A program made the position numbers and the translations under genes. Under the pieces are notes generated by a model. That model saw only the letters and a program-made list of their open reading frames with translations, did no database searches and was not told the origin of the DNA. Below, in pieces: positions 25,091-38,084 of a DNA stretch of 64,000 bases; the stretch's first letter is position 1, and every line of letters begins with the position of its first letter. Where the stretch lies: the NCBI RefSeq assembly GCF_004010195.1, contig NC_057717.1, positions 34,749,298 through 34,813,297 on the forward strand. Reading direction: 5' to 3'. Source of the DNA: Chiloscyllium plagiosum. Its lineage: Eukaryota.

Positions 25091-26686
25091 GAGCTAAGAG
25101 CAGCAAGGAGAGGACATGAAATGTCCTTAGTTGGTAGGACTAGGGAAAACCCTAAGGCTTTCTATAGGTATGTCAGGAATAAAAGAATGACTAGTGTGGG
25201 AATAGGTCCAGTCAAGGATAGTAGTGGGAAGTTGCGTGTGGAGGCTGAAGAGATTGGGGAGACACTGAATGAATACTTTTCGTCAGTATTCAATCAGGAA
25301 CAGGACATTGTTAACAATGTGAGTACTGAGTCACAATTAAGTAGAATGAATGGCTTTGAGGTTGTAGGGAAGAGGTGTTGGAAATTCTGGAAAGGGTGAA
25401 AATAGATAAGTCCCCGAGGCCTGATGACATTTATCCTAGGATTCTCTGGGAAGCAAGGGTCGTGCCTCACAAATCTTATTGAATTCTTTGAGAAGGTGAC
25501 TAAGGAGGTGGACGAGGGGAAAGCAGTAGATGTGGTGTATATGGATTTTAGTAAGGCGTTTGATAAGGTTCCCCATGGTAGACTACTGCAAAAAGTACGG
25601 AGGTATTGCATTGAGGGTGAGTTGGAGGTTTGGATTACGAGTTGGCTGGCCGGAAGAAGACAGAGGGTAATAGTTGATGGCAAAGGTTCATCCTAGAGTG
25701 CCGTCACTAGCAGTGTTCCGCAAGGATCTGTTTTGGGACCATTGCTGTTTGTCAGTTTAATAAATGACCTGGAGGAGGGGTTAGAAGGTTGGGTGAGCAA
25801 GTTTGCGGATGATACGAAAGTCGGAGGAGTTGTAGACAGTGAGGAAGGACGTGGCAGGTTACAGCGGGATATAGATAAGCTGCACAACTGGGTAGAAAGG
25901 TGACAAATGGAGTTCAATGTAGCTCAGTGTGAGGTGATTCACTTTGGTAAGAGTAACAAAAAGATGGGGTACTGGGCTAATGGTCGGATACTTGGTAGTG
26001 TGGATGAGCAGAGGGATCTTGGTGTCCATGTACACAGATCTCTGAAAGTTGCCACCCAGGTAAATAGTGCGGTGAAGAAGGCATATGGCTTTTATTGGTA
26101 GAGGAATTGAGTTCCGGAGTCCTGAGGTCATGTTGCACATGTATAAGACTCTGGTGCGGCCGCATCTGGAGTATTGTGTGCAGTTTTGGTCGCCATACTA
26201 TAGGAAGGATGTGGAGGCACTGGAACGGGTGCAGAGGAGGTTTACCAGGATGTTGCCTGGTATGGTAGAAAGATCGTATAAGGAAAGGCTGAGGCACATG
26301 GGGTTGTTTTAATGGGAGAAAAGAAGGTTTAGGAGTGACTTGATAGAGGTGTACAAGATGATTAGGGGTTTAGATAGGGTCGACAGTGAGAATCTTTTTT
26401 CCACGTATGGAGTCAGCTATTACAAGGGGGCATAGCTTTAAATTAAGGCGGGGTAGGTATAGGACAGATGTTAGGGGTAGCTTCTTTACTCAGCGAGTCG
26501 TGAGTTCGTGGAATGCCCTGCCAGTAGCAGTGCGGGACTCTCCCTCATTATGGGCATTTAAGCAGGCATTTGGATAGGCATATGGAGGATAGGGGGCTAG
26601 TGTCGGTTTGGTGGGCTTGGATCGGCGCAACATCCAGGGCCGAAGGGCCTGTACTGCGCTGTAGTCTTCTATGTTCTATGTTCTAT
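25091..26686 (+). mobile_element. 5'-truncated, internally deleted CR1 LINE (same subfamily as 15533-17361)
   Basis: RT motifs SCLTNLIEFFE, DFSKAFDKVPH, KFADDT; (ttctatg)n tail; near-identical blocks shared with 15533-17361. Confidence 0.93.
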
Positions 26687-27188
26687 GGTTGTTACATATT
26701 CCCAGCCACGTACAGTAATATAGGAAGAGGCTGAATAGGCTGGGGCTGATTTCCCAGGAGGCTGAGGGGTGACTTTATAAAGGTTTATAAAATCATGAGG
26801 AGCAAAGATATGGTAAACAGACAAGGTCTTTTCCCTGGGGTGGGTGAGTCCAGAACTGGAGAGTATAGGTTTATGGTGAGAAGGGAAAAAGTTGAATGGA
26901 CCGAAGGGGCAACTTTTCATGGAGTGGTGGTGTGTATGGAATGAACTGCCAGGGAAGTGGCGGAGACTGGTACAATTACAACCTTTAGAAGGCATCTGGA
27001 TGGGGAAATGAATAGGAAGGATTTAGAGGGATATGGGCCAATTACTGGCAAATGGGACTAGATTAGTTTAAGATATCTGGTCAGCATGGAGGAGTGAGAC
27101 CAAAGGGTCTGTTTCCGAATTGTACATATCGATGATTCTATTCCTTTTGTTATTTGGATTGTCCTTTACATTATCCAACAAGATTAGT

Positions 27189-27500
27189 GGGCGGCACGGT
27201 GGCACAGTGGTTAGCACTGCTGCCTCGCAGCGCCAGAGACCCGGGTTCAATTCGCCGCCTCAGGCGACTGACTGTGTGGAGTTTGCACGTTCTCCCCGTG
27301 TCTGCGTGGGTTTCCTCCGGGTGCTCCGGTTTCCTCCCACAATCCAAAGATGTGCAGGTCAGGTGAATTGGCCTTGCTAAATTGCCCGTAGTGTTAGGTA
27401 AGGGGCAAATGTAGAGGTATGGGTGGGTTGCGCTTCGGCGGGTCGGTGTGAACTTGTTGGGCCGAAGGGCCTGTTTCCACACTGTAATGTAATCTAATCT
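27189..27500 (+). mobile_element. Full-length HE1-type V-SINE
   Basis: tRNA-like head (A box TGGCACAGTGG, B box GGTTCAATT), V domain TGTGTGGAGTTTGCACGTTCTCCCCGTGTCTGCGTGGGTTTCCTCCGGGTGCTCCGGTTTCCTCCCAC, LINE-like tail GGGCCGAAGGGCCTGT, (taatc)n end. Confidence 0.95.
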
Positions 27501-28299
27501 GATTATTCAATATTCATCTTCTTCCCTCCTCATTTCCCTCTTTAGAATGTCCCTACACCTCTTGTACTCTTCAAGATATTCACTTGATCTCAGTTATCTA
27601 TGTTTAATATATGACTCCTTCTTATTCTTAACCAGAGCCTCAATATTTTTATTCTTCGAGGGTTCCCTCCTCTTTCAAGCCTTACCTTCACTTTAACGGG
27701 AATATAATGCTCTGAACTCTCGGTATCTCATTTCTGAAAGCTTCCCACTTGCTGGCCAACACTTTTGCTGCAGTCTACTTCAATCGACCCTTGAAAGTTT
27801 GTGTCTCATACTATCAACATTTGCCCTCGTCCAATTAAGAACGTTATCTTGTAAACAATGCCAATCCTTTCCGTGGATACTTTACAACTAATCAAATTAT
27901 TATCCCTGGCACTAAATTGTTCCGCTACTGACGCTTCAGTCGCTTGCCCTGCCATATGTCACAACAGTAGGTCATACTTTGCTCCTTCTGTGGTAGTTAC
28001 ATCGACATATTAATGAGGAAACTTTTCATGAACACTTAAGAAATTCGTCAGCATCCAAGCTATTAAGACCATGCCTGTTTTATACTTGTCAGCCATCTGT
28101 TCATGAGTGTTAGCCGTTTCAGAATGTAGGTTGTTTAATTGTGTATGTTCTCGGAGTTCAGTGTTTGGAGTTCTTATTATTTCAACCTGTGTTTTGGTCT
28201 ATAAGACAAAATTACAGAAAAATATTAACAATTTAAAATAAAATATTAGGATATTGGAAGAACAGCTAAGAACTTCAAAGTTTTACCGAGTGTTTGTGA

Positions 28300-31200
28300 G
28301 AAAGGACATGGAAAGCAGCAAAGTTTCCAGTATTTTGATTGCGAGCAGCAGCGTAGGTAAGACGAACCCAAAAGACTGCAGCTAAGGTAAGGCAGTTTTT
28401 TAAAAAAAATTACTTACCGGTGGCGGGCAGCAGTGTTTTCCCTTTCACAGAAGGAGCGGGAGCAGCGGTGGAAGTGACGAGGACCAGAGGGGCAGCCGTG
28501 AAGGAAAGCTGTGACCATATATATCAGCAAGCTTGTTACTAATTTTATCGCAACTTGTACTAAGCTTTCTACTTTAGTACTGAGTGCGTGTTCAGATAAG
28601 CCGGGTATGGATGCTAGGGCAGTTGCTTGCTCTTCCTGCAGAATGTGGCAGGTGGGAGACATGGCACATGTCTCTGCTGGCTACATCTGCGGGAAGTGCA
28701 CCAAACTCCAGCTCCTTGAAAACCGTGTTAGGGAATTGGAGCTGGAGCTATATGAACTATGGATCATTGGGGAGGCTGAGGTGGTAATTGAGAGGAGTTA
28801 CCGGGAATTGGTCACTCATAAGAATCAGGACAAGGATAGATGGGTTACAGTCAGGGGGAGGAAAGGGGACAGACAGAAAGTGCAGAGATCCTCTGTGGAC
28901 ATTCCCCTCAGCAATAAGTATACCGTTTTGGATACTGCAGTGCGGAATGACCTACCAGAGGAAAGCCATAGCAGTCAGTTCTCAGGCACTGAGCCTGACA
29001 CTGTGGCAAAGAAGGGAAGGGGGCAGAATAGAAAAGTACTCGTGGTAGGGGTCTCGATAGTTAGGGGAATCGACAGGAGATTTTGTGGTCAGGATCGGGA
29101 TTCCCGGAAGGTATGTTGCCTCCCTGGTGCCAGAGTCCGGGACGTCTCCAATCAGCTGTATAAGGTTCGAAAAGGGGCGGGCGAACAGCCAGAAATCGTG
29201 TAACCTATTGGCACTAATGATATAGCCAGGAAAAGGATCGAGGATATAAAAAGTGATTCAGGGAGTTAGGATGGAAGCTGCAAAGCAGGACGAACAGAGT
29301 AGTGTTCTCTAGTTTACTACCGGTGCCACGAGATAGCGAGGCGAGGAACAAGGAGCGGGCACAGCTTAACACATGGCTGCACAGCTGATGTAGGAGGGAG
29401 GGCTTCAGATATTTTTTTTTTGATTAGATTAGATTAGATTAGATTACTTACAGTGTGGAAACAGGCCCTTCGGCCCAACAAGTTCACACCGACCCGCCGA
29501 AGCGCAACCCACCCATACCCCTATATTTACCCCTAACACTAACACTACGGGCAATACGTGCAAACTCCACACAGTCAGTCGCCTGAGGCGGGAATTGAAC
29601 CCGGGTCTCTGACGCTGCGAGGCAGCAGTGCTAACCACTGTACCACCGTGCCGCCCACAATGTAGGTAATTGGGATGCCTTCTGGGGAAGGTGGGACCTG
29701 TACAAGAAGGACGGGTTGCATCGGAACTGGAAGGGGACCAACGTCCTGGGTGGAAGGTTTACTCGAGTAGTTCGAGAGGATTTAAACTAGTATGGCAGGG
29801 GCGTGGGAACTTGAGCTCTATACCGGCGGTGAGAGTTGATGCAGATGAGGCAATAGCAAGAGGTAGACCAGCTAGTGGAAAGGATTTTCCTGGGAAAGAA
29901 CCAAGGGATCAGGTAAAGTGTGTTTGCTTTAACGCAAGGAGTATCAGGAATAAAAGTGACGAATTTAGAGGATGGATCAGTACCTGGTGCTATGATGTTG
30001 TGGCCATAACAGAGACATGGGTTTCTCAGGAGCAGGAATGGTTGCTGGATTTAAAAAGAATAGGGAGGAGGGAAAAAGAGGAGGGGGTGTAGCACTACTA
30101 ATCAGAGAAGGTATCATAGCTACAGAAGCTTCTATTGTCTTGGAAGATCTGCCTACCGAGTCAGTATGGGTGGAAATTAGGAACAGCAAGGGAGCAGTCT
30201 CCTCTTTAGGGGTTTACTACAGGCCCCCCAAAAGGAGCAGGGAGATGGAAAAAAGCATAGATCGGCAGATTTTGGAAAAGTGTGGACGTAGTCGGGTTGT
30301 TGTAATGGGTGACTTTAACTTTCCCAACATTGATTGGAACCTCCTTCGAGCAGAAGATTTGAATGGAACAGTTTTAGTCAGGTGTGTGCAGGAGGGTTTC
30401 CTAACTCAGTACGTTGACAGGTATTAGATCTTGTGGTGGGAGAGCATTTTGGTGATAGTGACCACAATTGCCTCACATTCTACATAACTATGGAGAAGGA
30501 GAAGATTAGGCCAAATGGGAGGATATTTAATTGGGGAAGAGGAAACTATGATGTGATTAGACATGAGTTAGGAAGCATGGATTGTGAGCAATTGTTCCAT
30601 GGTAAAGGCACTATAGACATGTGGAGACTGTTTAAGGAACAGTTGTTGCAAGTGATGAATAAATATGTCCCTCTGAGACAGGCAAGAAGTGGTAAGATAA
30701 AGGAACCTTGGAGCTTCTCGTCAAAAGGAAAAAGGTAGCTTACATAAGGTGGAGGAAGCTAGGGTCAAGCTCAGCTCTACAGGATTACAGGCAGGAAAGG
30801 AAGGAGCTTAAAAATGGTCTGAGGAGAGCCAGGAGGGGCCACGAGAAAGGCTTGGCAGAACGGATTAGGGAGAACACAAAGGCATTTTACACTTATGTGA
30901 GGAATAAGAGAATGGTCAAAGAAAGAGTAGGGCCGATCAGAGATAGCGTAGAGAATTTGTGTATGGAGTCTGAGGAGGTAGGGGACCAGGTTTGTCCTCG
31001 GCTGGTTTGGGAAACGAGAAATGCAATTGCTTCGCCACTTGCAAAGGTCTTTGCATCCTTGCTCTCCACTGGAGTCGTACCTGAGGACTGGAGAGAGGCA
31101 AATGTAATTCCTCTCTTCAAGAAAGGAAATAGGGAAATCCCCGGCAATTACAGACCAATAATTCTCACGTCTGTCGTTAGAAAGGATTCTGAGAGATAGG

Positions 31201-32491
31201 ATTTATGACCACCTGGAAGAGTTTGGCTTGATTAAATGCAGTCAACACGGCTTTGTGAGGGGCTGGTCATGCCTCACAAAACTTACCGAGTTCTTTGAGG
31301 ATGTGACTAGAAAGTTTGATGAGGGTTGAGCTGTGGATGTGGTGAATGTGGACTTCAGCAAGGCATTTCATAAGATTCCACATGGTAGACTCATTCGGAA
31401 GGTCAGGAGGAATGGGATACAGGGGAACTTAGCTGTCTTGATACAGAATTGGCTGGCCAACAGAAGACAGCGAGTGGTAGTAGAAGGAAAATATTCTGCC
31501 TGGAAGTCTGTGGTGACTGGTGTTCCACAGGGCTCTGTCCTTGGGCCTCTACTGATGGTATTTTTTATTACTGACTTGGATGAGGGGATTGCAGGATAGG
31601 TCAGCAAGTTTGCAGACGATACAAAGGTTGGAGGTGTGGTTGACAGTATAGAGGGCTGTTGTAGGCTGCAGCGGGAAATTGACAGGATGCAGAGATGGGA
31701 TGAGAGGTGGCAGACGGGGTTTAACCTGGAAAAATGCGAGGTGATGCAATTTGGTCGAATTTGAAAGCTGAGTACAGGATTAAGGATAGGATTCTTGGCA
31801 GTGTGGAGGAACAGAGGGATCTCGGTGTGCAGGTACATAGATACCTTAAAATGGCCACCCAAGTGGACATGGTTGTTAAGAAAGCATATGCTGTTTTGGC
31901 TTTCATTAATGGGGGATTGGGTTTAAGAGTCGTGAGATCTTGTTACAGCTCTATAAAACTTTGGTTAGACCACACTTGGAATAGTGCGTCCAGTTCTGGT
32001 CGCCCTATTATAGGAAAGATGTGGATGCTTTGGAGAGGGTTCAGAGGAGGTTTACCAGGATGCTGCCCGGACTGGAGGGCTTATCTTATGAAGAGAGGTT
32101 GACTGAGCTCGGACTTTTTTTCATTAGAGAAAAGGAGGAGGAGAGTGGACCTAATTGAGGTACACAAGATAATGAGAGGCATAGAGTCAATAACCAGAGA
32201 CTATTTCCCAGGGCAGAAATGACTAACACGAGGGGTCATAGTTTTAAGCTGGTTGGAGGAAAGTACAGGGGGATGTCAGAAGTGGGTTCTTTACACAGAG
32301 AGTTGCGAGAGCATGGAATGCGTTGCCAGCAGCAGTTGTGGAAGCAAGGTCATTGGTGACATTTAAGAGACTGCTGGCCATGCATATGGTCATAGAAATT
32401 TAAGGGTGCAGACATGAGGCTATGTGGTTGGCACAACATCGTGGGATGAAGGGCCTGTTCTGTACTGTATTGTTCTTTGTTCTATGTTCTA
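28300..32491 (+). mobile_element. Near full-length CR1 LINE (5'UTR, ORF1 Cys-rich/coiled-coil/SGNH esterase, ORF2 APE-RT), inactivated
   Basis: ORF1 from ATG 28607: MDARAVACSSC...CGKCTKLQLLENRVRELE...VLVVGVSIVRG...CCLPGARVRD; ORF2 [36 protein letters not shown]; ttctatgttcta tail. Confidence 0.95.
29412..29658 (-). mobile_element. HE1/V-SINE (internally deleted) inserted into CR1 ORF1
   Basis: (attag)n tail plus the reverse complement of the 27189 SINE; LINE sequence resumes on both sides. Confidence 0.92.
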
Positions 32492-33933
32492 CTTCTGATC
32501 TCTGCCTTCTCTGATCGAAATAGACGTGTGATTTATAATTTTTGAGGGTTGTTATACATTAATATTGGTGTGTCAGATAGGTCTCAGTCTCAGGGAGGGG
32601 TGACGTGCTTTTTTGTTTCGTGATGAGCTCAGGGCAACATCGGGTAGTAAGTGTGTAGACCCAAAGAGTGCAGGAGCAGAGGATCCTCCATGTATTTGTG
32701 CACGAATCAGAGAATGTACCATGACATGTGGACAGAAAAGCAAATAAACCCGACTTCATCAATAACGCTGCAGAGAACAAACACAAAACAATTATGTTAA
32801 ACTGAAATAAAACAGTCGCTTGTCTCACCTGGAATATTGCATTCAGGTTCAGGTCCCACAGTTTTGAAAAAATGTAAAGCAATGAGACAGGCTGTGTGAC
32901 TGTACCTCACTGACTTTGAGAAATGGACTTTTCTCCTCTGCTGATAGTTTCCAGACTCTGTGAGCAGTTGCTTTGATTGGTTCTCGATTCCGTCTTGCAT
33001 CATATGGAATCCAATGGCTAAATATTTCCAGTACTTCTGAGCTCTGCCTTGCCTGGTCGACATCGACATCTGATTTATTATTTTTGAGGGTTGCTGTTCA
33101 GTAATATCTCCGAATCAGATATAACTCAGCCTCATTTCCTTGGACTTGACAGGTGTGCTGTATCAAATAGACCCCAGGATTTGTGCTCCATGAGATTTAC
33201 GTATGAGGAAAATCGCCAGTTCTGAGAATCCACCCTGGGATTGTGCATGTGTTGTGAGTTCTACATGAATGCATGCAGTTTTTGAGCAAAGTACAATGTA
33301 ACCCTCCAAGTACAAATTCACCCCACAAAATATGTGCATGTGGGTCTTTGTCTGTGTGTGTGTGTGTGTCTGTTCGGGTTGGTGGTTGTGAGTGTGGGAA
33401 AGTGTATGTGTGTAGTGAGTGCAGAGTGTCTTAAGTCTGTGAGGGAGTGCATGTGGGAGTGTGTGTGTGTCTGTAAGAGTGTGTGTGGGTGTCCGTGTGC
33501 ACGTCTGTGTATATGTGTGTATGTGTATACAGGAGTGCCTCTGTGTGTGTGAGAGGGTGTGTGTGTGTAGGAGTATCTGTGTGCGTGTGTAGTGCAATGG
33601 TGGTCACCTGTAATGTGACATGAACCCAAGGTCCCAGTTTAGGCCCTCCCTATGGGTACCAAACGTAGCTATCAGCCTCTGTTCGGCCACTTTTCTCTGC
33701 TGCCTGTCGCGAAGTCCACCTTGGAGGATGGTCACCCGAAGGTCCGAGGCTGAATATCCTGGATCACTAAAATATTCCCCAACTGGGAACCCTCCTGTCT
33801 GTTGATTGTTGTGCGGTGCTCATTTATTCGTTGTCATAGCCTTTGCTCAGTCTCCCCAATGAACCATGCCTCCGGGCATCCTTGCCTGCAACTTATAAGA
33901 TAGACAACGTTGGCTGAGTCACATGAGTACCTG

Positions 33934-34020
33934 AAGAAGGGTTTATGCCCAAAGCGTCGATTTTCCTGTTTCTTTGATGCTGCCTGACCTGCTGCACTTT
34001 CCAGCAACACATTTTTAAGC
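33934..34020 (+). mobile_element. 87-bp hammerhead-headed PLE-derived insert with perfect 15-bp TSD
   Basis: TCACATGAGTACCTG at 33919-33933 and 34021-34035; duplicates RYSC in the host GIY-YIG frame. Confidence 0.9.
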
Positions 34021-34523
34021 TCACATGAGTACCTGCCATGCGTAAGGTGGGAGGTGTCCCCACGCGTAATAGTGGTATCGATGTCCACACACTGACACGT
34101 CTTGCAGCGCCTACCGTGACAGGGTTGCATGGAGTTGTCCTGAGAGCCGGGCAGCTTGCTAGGAACAACGATCTGTTTGAGGTTTGGCGGTTGCTTAAAG
34201 GCAAAAACTGCATGAATTTATGTAAAACTCCGTTATCTCACTTTTTAGATTAGAATCAATCTCAACATCATGGCATAGACAGAGAACACATGGGGCCAAC
34301 ACCTTCAACATATTGTCTAGCTATCACCATTTTCAACTGCTAAACCGAGACGGCAACATTTTTAAAAAAGGTTATGTGATTTCCACATGAAAGAAGTGAA
34401 ACTATCACTGTATTCTAACAGATGAAAGGCTTAACGATCAATTTTCCAATGTATAATTTCAGTTACCTCACACTGTAAATGTTTACTATAAATTCTGTGT
34501 GTTAGGATTGAGCTCTCCTCTAT

Positions 34524-34558
34524 CATCTGATGAAGGAGTGTCGCTCCGAAAGCTAGTG
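34524..34558 (+). ncRNA. Minimal hammerhead ribozyme motif (second PLE family)
   Basis: CAU-CUGAUGA-A-GGAGU-GUC-GCUCC-GAA-AGCU-A-GUG: core intact, palindromic AGCU helix III. Confidence 0.7.
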
Positions 34559-34805
34559 TGCTTCCAATTAAACCTCCTTGTGTTGTGTGATTTTTAAATT
34601 TGTATACCGTGTGAAAGATGCATTTACATTAGTGAGCCGCATGGGGACACAGCATTAAACTAAATGACTGGATTAAACACAACCAAACAGAACAAGTGAA
34701 AGTACTTGGCTGGGAAAGGAGTAGGACGTGGGAAAATGTATTATTACTGACTGGCCTTGAAGAAAGAATTAAGCAAACTCAAGTTTAGTGCACATTCATT
34801 CAAGA

Positions 34806-34811
34806 TTTATT
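34806..34811 (-). promoter_or_regulatory. Candidate polyA signal for the membrane-form mu mRNA
   Basis: AATAAA on the minus strand ~410 nt downstream of the TM2 stop. Confidence 0.5.
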
Positions 34812-35218
34812 AACCATTTCAGAGAGCATTTTTATCTTGAAGTTTATGTTAATGTTAATAGAAGTGAATACAAAGACTAGATGCCACATTGAGAGGAGAT
34901 CGTGTGTGCTGTGAGCTGTGAATTTTCTGTACATCTGTAACAGTCAACAGAAAGGGAATACAAAGGCTCATCATTAACGGTAGACAACTATTCTGAATAA
35001 GGACCAAATAAAAACAAAATAAATAGGTTTCAAACAACTGCGAAGCTACAAAATTCTTCCAACTACATAAAAGGACAATCCATCAATAATTGTCTCAGTT
35101 ACACGCTGATAAACTGAAGTGATCTCACTGTTAGAGTCAGCAACAGGACAGATTGTAGACTGGGAATTCCCAGACCTTGATAAGCAGATCAGGAAAACCT
35201 ACGGGGTCCACGACTCAT

Positions 35219-35227
35219 TCACTTAAC
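35219..35227 (-). pseudogene. IGHM: IgM TM2 exon coding part (VK-stop)
   Basis: tgctttctttctctcttttccag|GTT AAG TGA gives the conserved KVK cytoplasmic tail. Confidence 0.9.
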
Positions 35228-35362
35228 CTGGAAAAGAGAGAAAGAAAGCAATGACATAGATGTTTATCGTCAGGGGCATTCCAGTTTTGATCATTATTCA
35301 TGCTTAGAGATTTCACAAACATATTGGGCTGCTTGGCGTGTGAAAGATGTGATTATTCTCAC

Positions 35363-35490
35363 CTTCACCAGGGTGATGGCAGTGCTGTAGAAAACACTCA
35401 GGAAGACCAGGGTGATGAATGTGGAAGCGGTTGACCAGATGTTGCCATTATCATCCTCATAATCTTCAATCCAGATGCGATCTATTGAAT
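35363..35490 (-). pseudogene. IGHM: IgM TM1 exon (frame intact)
   Basis: ag|(D)SIDRIWIEDYEDDNGNIWSTASTFITLVFLSVFYSTAITLVK|gtgaga; CART-type antigen-receptor TM motif. Confidence 0.95.
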
Positions 35491-35989
35491 CTACGAGTAT
35501 AAAGCCAAGAGAACGCACTTAAATAGTTTATTGATCAAGTACGATTCATCTGCATCCAAGTCATGTAATTAGAGACTATTACAACTTCATAAAGCAGTCA
35601 GATGTTTCTCAAATGTGACTATCAGTATATATTAGGGCATTATTGACTGTCAGCAAGAACTTGCAAGTACAAACTGCACATGTTCTTTCTTCACTGTGCG
35701 TGTCAGAACATTTTATTTTTTTTTTCTTTTAATCTATTATTGAAGGATATTATTATTTGAGGAATGCCTATTAGGAATGATTATTTTAATTATATCATTA
35801 TATTTTAAACAGCGGCTGTGACAGCAGTTTATTTAAAAATTGTGGCCATCACTGGATAAAAATTCAAATGTGATTCTCATCTTTAGTTATTGGTGACCAA
35901 TTGTTTGGCAGATCATGAATATAAGTTACATCCACAGTAAGGACATTGTTTCATTTATTTGTTTGCAGGGTCTCTATATTTAGGAATAA

Positions 35990-37080
35990 GTTTTTGTGCA
36001 TGTGTCCCTTAATTTATTTGGTCTATTGCTTGATGTGTATGGTTTTCCTTTAATGTTTGTCTATGTGGTTATGAGGTACTCTGACTTCACTCTTGCCCAT
36101 GTTGGAGTCTGTGCATGAATAAACATATTCACGCTCCTTTAATGCTGGTGTGCTCACATGTTTGTGCATGTACATTTTGTTCAATTCACAATTGTAAGCA
36201 TCATCATGCTAATATACCACTTTATTGATGCCTATGTTTATCTCGTAATGTCTTTGTGACTGTTCACTTTTCGTTAGTGCTATCTAAAATGTGTGTTTAT
36301 GTGTCTATTTCAGATCCCACTAGGTTATTTTCATGTTTGTTGTTAATAAACGTTAGCGTGTAACGTCATGTTTTGATGGATGTTTATATTTATGTGATGA
36401 TGTCTGCCTGTGTGGCAATCTATCCTAAACCATATCCTGATAAGCCTGTTTGTGTTATTGTGTGTGGATGGTTGCTCATGCTTGTGCCATTATCCTTATT
36501 TAATAAATGCCACACGTTTTGTTGATCTGTGCATTTGCGTGTCTGAATTTGTGTGTATGTTTGACCCGTTTACATGCCGATCAAAGTGGTTTAAAAATAA
36601 ATAATTAAGATGCCTCTGTCATCATATGCTTGTGATTATGAAAATGGAAGAATAATGATATTAATGTTTATCTCTGTGCACTTATGTGCCTGTGTGAGTC
36701 GACATGCAGGATGGCATTTTTCGCATGTTGTATCTGTGTTCATGCATCTATGTCTGTATGCATTGTGCTGTATGAATGCATATGTATTTGTGTCCATTTG
36801 TGTGTTACCGTGTGTCTATGTTTTTCATGGTTATGTGTGAGTACCCCAGTTCATTTGTGTATGAGCTTTTCTTTTGGTGCATGTGAGAATTTAAAGAGCT
36901 TAGATGAATTTTCAAGTACCATTTGCATGTGTGGCACTGTGCGTGTATTCACATATGACGTCTTATTGAATTACACATCTGTGTGTGTGTGTGTACATAA
37001 ATGTTTCTTTAGATTTGAGCCTGTATGTGTGTCTTCACGTGTGTCATTTGTGAGCATCTCTGTATCTGTGTGTATTTCTG
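35990..37080. repeat. Degenerate (TG)n-rich low-complexity tract in the CH4-TM intron
   Basis: Dense tgtg/tgtatg/tgtgca motifs. Confidence 0.7.
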
Positions 37081-37890
37081 CTATTATACCAGACTGCAAT
37101 TTTTATTATTCTAATTTTGTTGTTCTTATTTTAATGGATTGCCCACAATTTGATCTGACCTTGATGTTGTAGGAAACATTTCCCATCATCGTGAAGAGAT
37201 CAGAGCTTTATGAGCGACTCTTCTGTTGCAGTGAGAGAATTTCTGTCTCTGAGACAAAAGTCCTGAGTTCAAATCCCCACTGCTCCAGAGATAACATTTC
37301 TGACTGTGTGTATTAGAAAATAGCGACTCGTGTTCTGTATTTGAAACAATGCAACATCAGGTGTTCGAATACTATAATTGCTCCCATGTGCTCCAGAAAA
37401 CTGAGACCAGACTATGGAATACAAACCGGGATGATGCAAACACCAGTTTTCGATTATGGGAGTCACCGTTAATCATTTGTTAATAGGGCCAAGCATGTCT
37501 AACATGCTTCAAAGGTATTATTTTGCATGGAAATTTTATATCTTCAAATAGTAAGCAAGAAGCTGAATGTTCCTGTTGGGAACTGGACTCTACTGTGAAA
37601 ACTGCATTGGGGGTAAGAGTACAGACCGTTCATCGTTCCACTGTCCACTTCCCTGTGCTCCACAACAACGTATCTGTTGGTTCTCTTTGGTGTGAAAGTG
37701 AAGATACATTCTGTCAACTCATGCGCTGGTGCAAGATCCCTGGCACTTCCGCAGAAACAACGGTTACATTCAAGTTGCTCTGCACTCTTTACAATTGGAA
37801 TCTGTTTAAGAGATTAAAAGTCTCTTAAATTTACGTTTCCAATTGGTGCAATGTGGCAGTTTAAAACTGACGTCAATTTTGTAAGAATGG

Positions 37891-38084
37891 GTAAAAACAA
37901 GGATTGCAGATGCTGGAAACCATATTCTAGATGAGAGTGGTACTGGAAAAGCCCAGCAGTTCAGGCAGCATCCGAGGAACAGGAAAATCGACGATTCATC
38001 AAGGGCTTTTACCCGAAACGTCGATTTTCCTGCTGCTCAGATGGTGCCTGAACTGCTGTGCTTTTCCAGCACCACTCTAACCTA
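37891..38084. mobile_element. 194-bp fold-back PLE-derived mini-element with 16-bp TSD
   Basis: AATTTTGTAAGAATGG (37875-37890) and AATTTTGTGAGAATGG (38085-38100); inverted arms around a degenerate hammerhead. Confidence 0.85.

Larger units (their letters stand above)
33245..34606 (-). mobile_element. Penelope-like remnant: TG-rich UTR, GIY-YIG fragment, inverted terminal repeat (34203-34606)
   Basis: Minus strand RCKTCQCVD...GRYSC/DSANVVYLISCRQGCPEAWFIGETEQRL. Confidence 0.88.
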
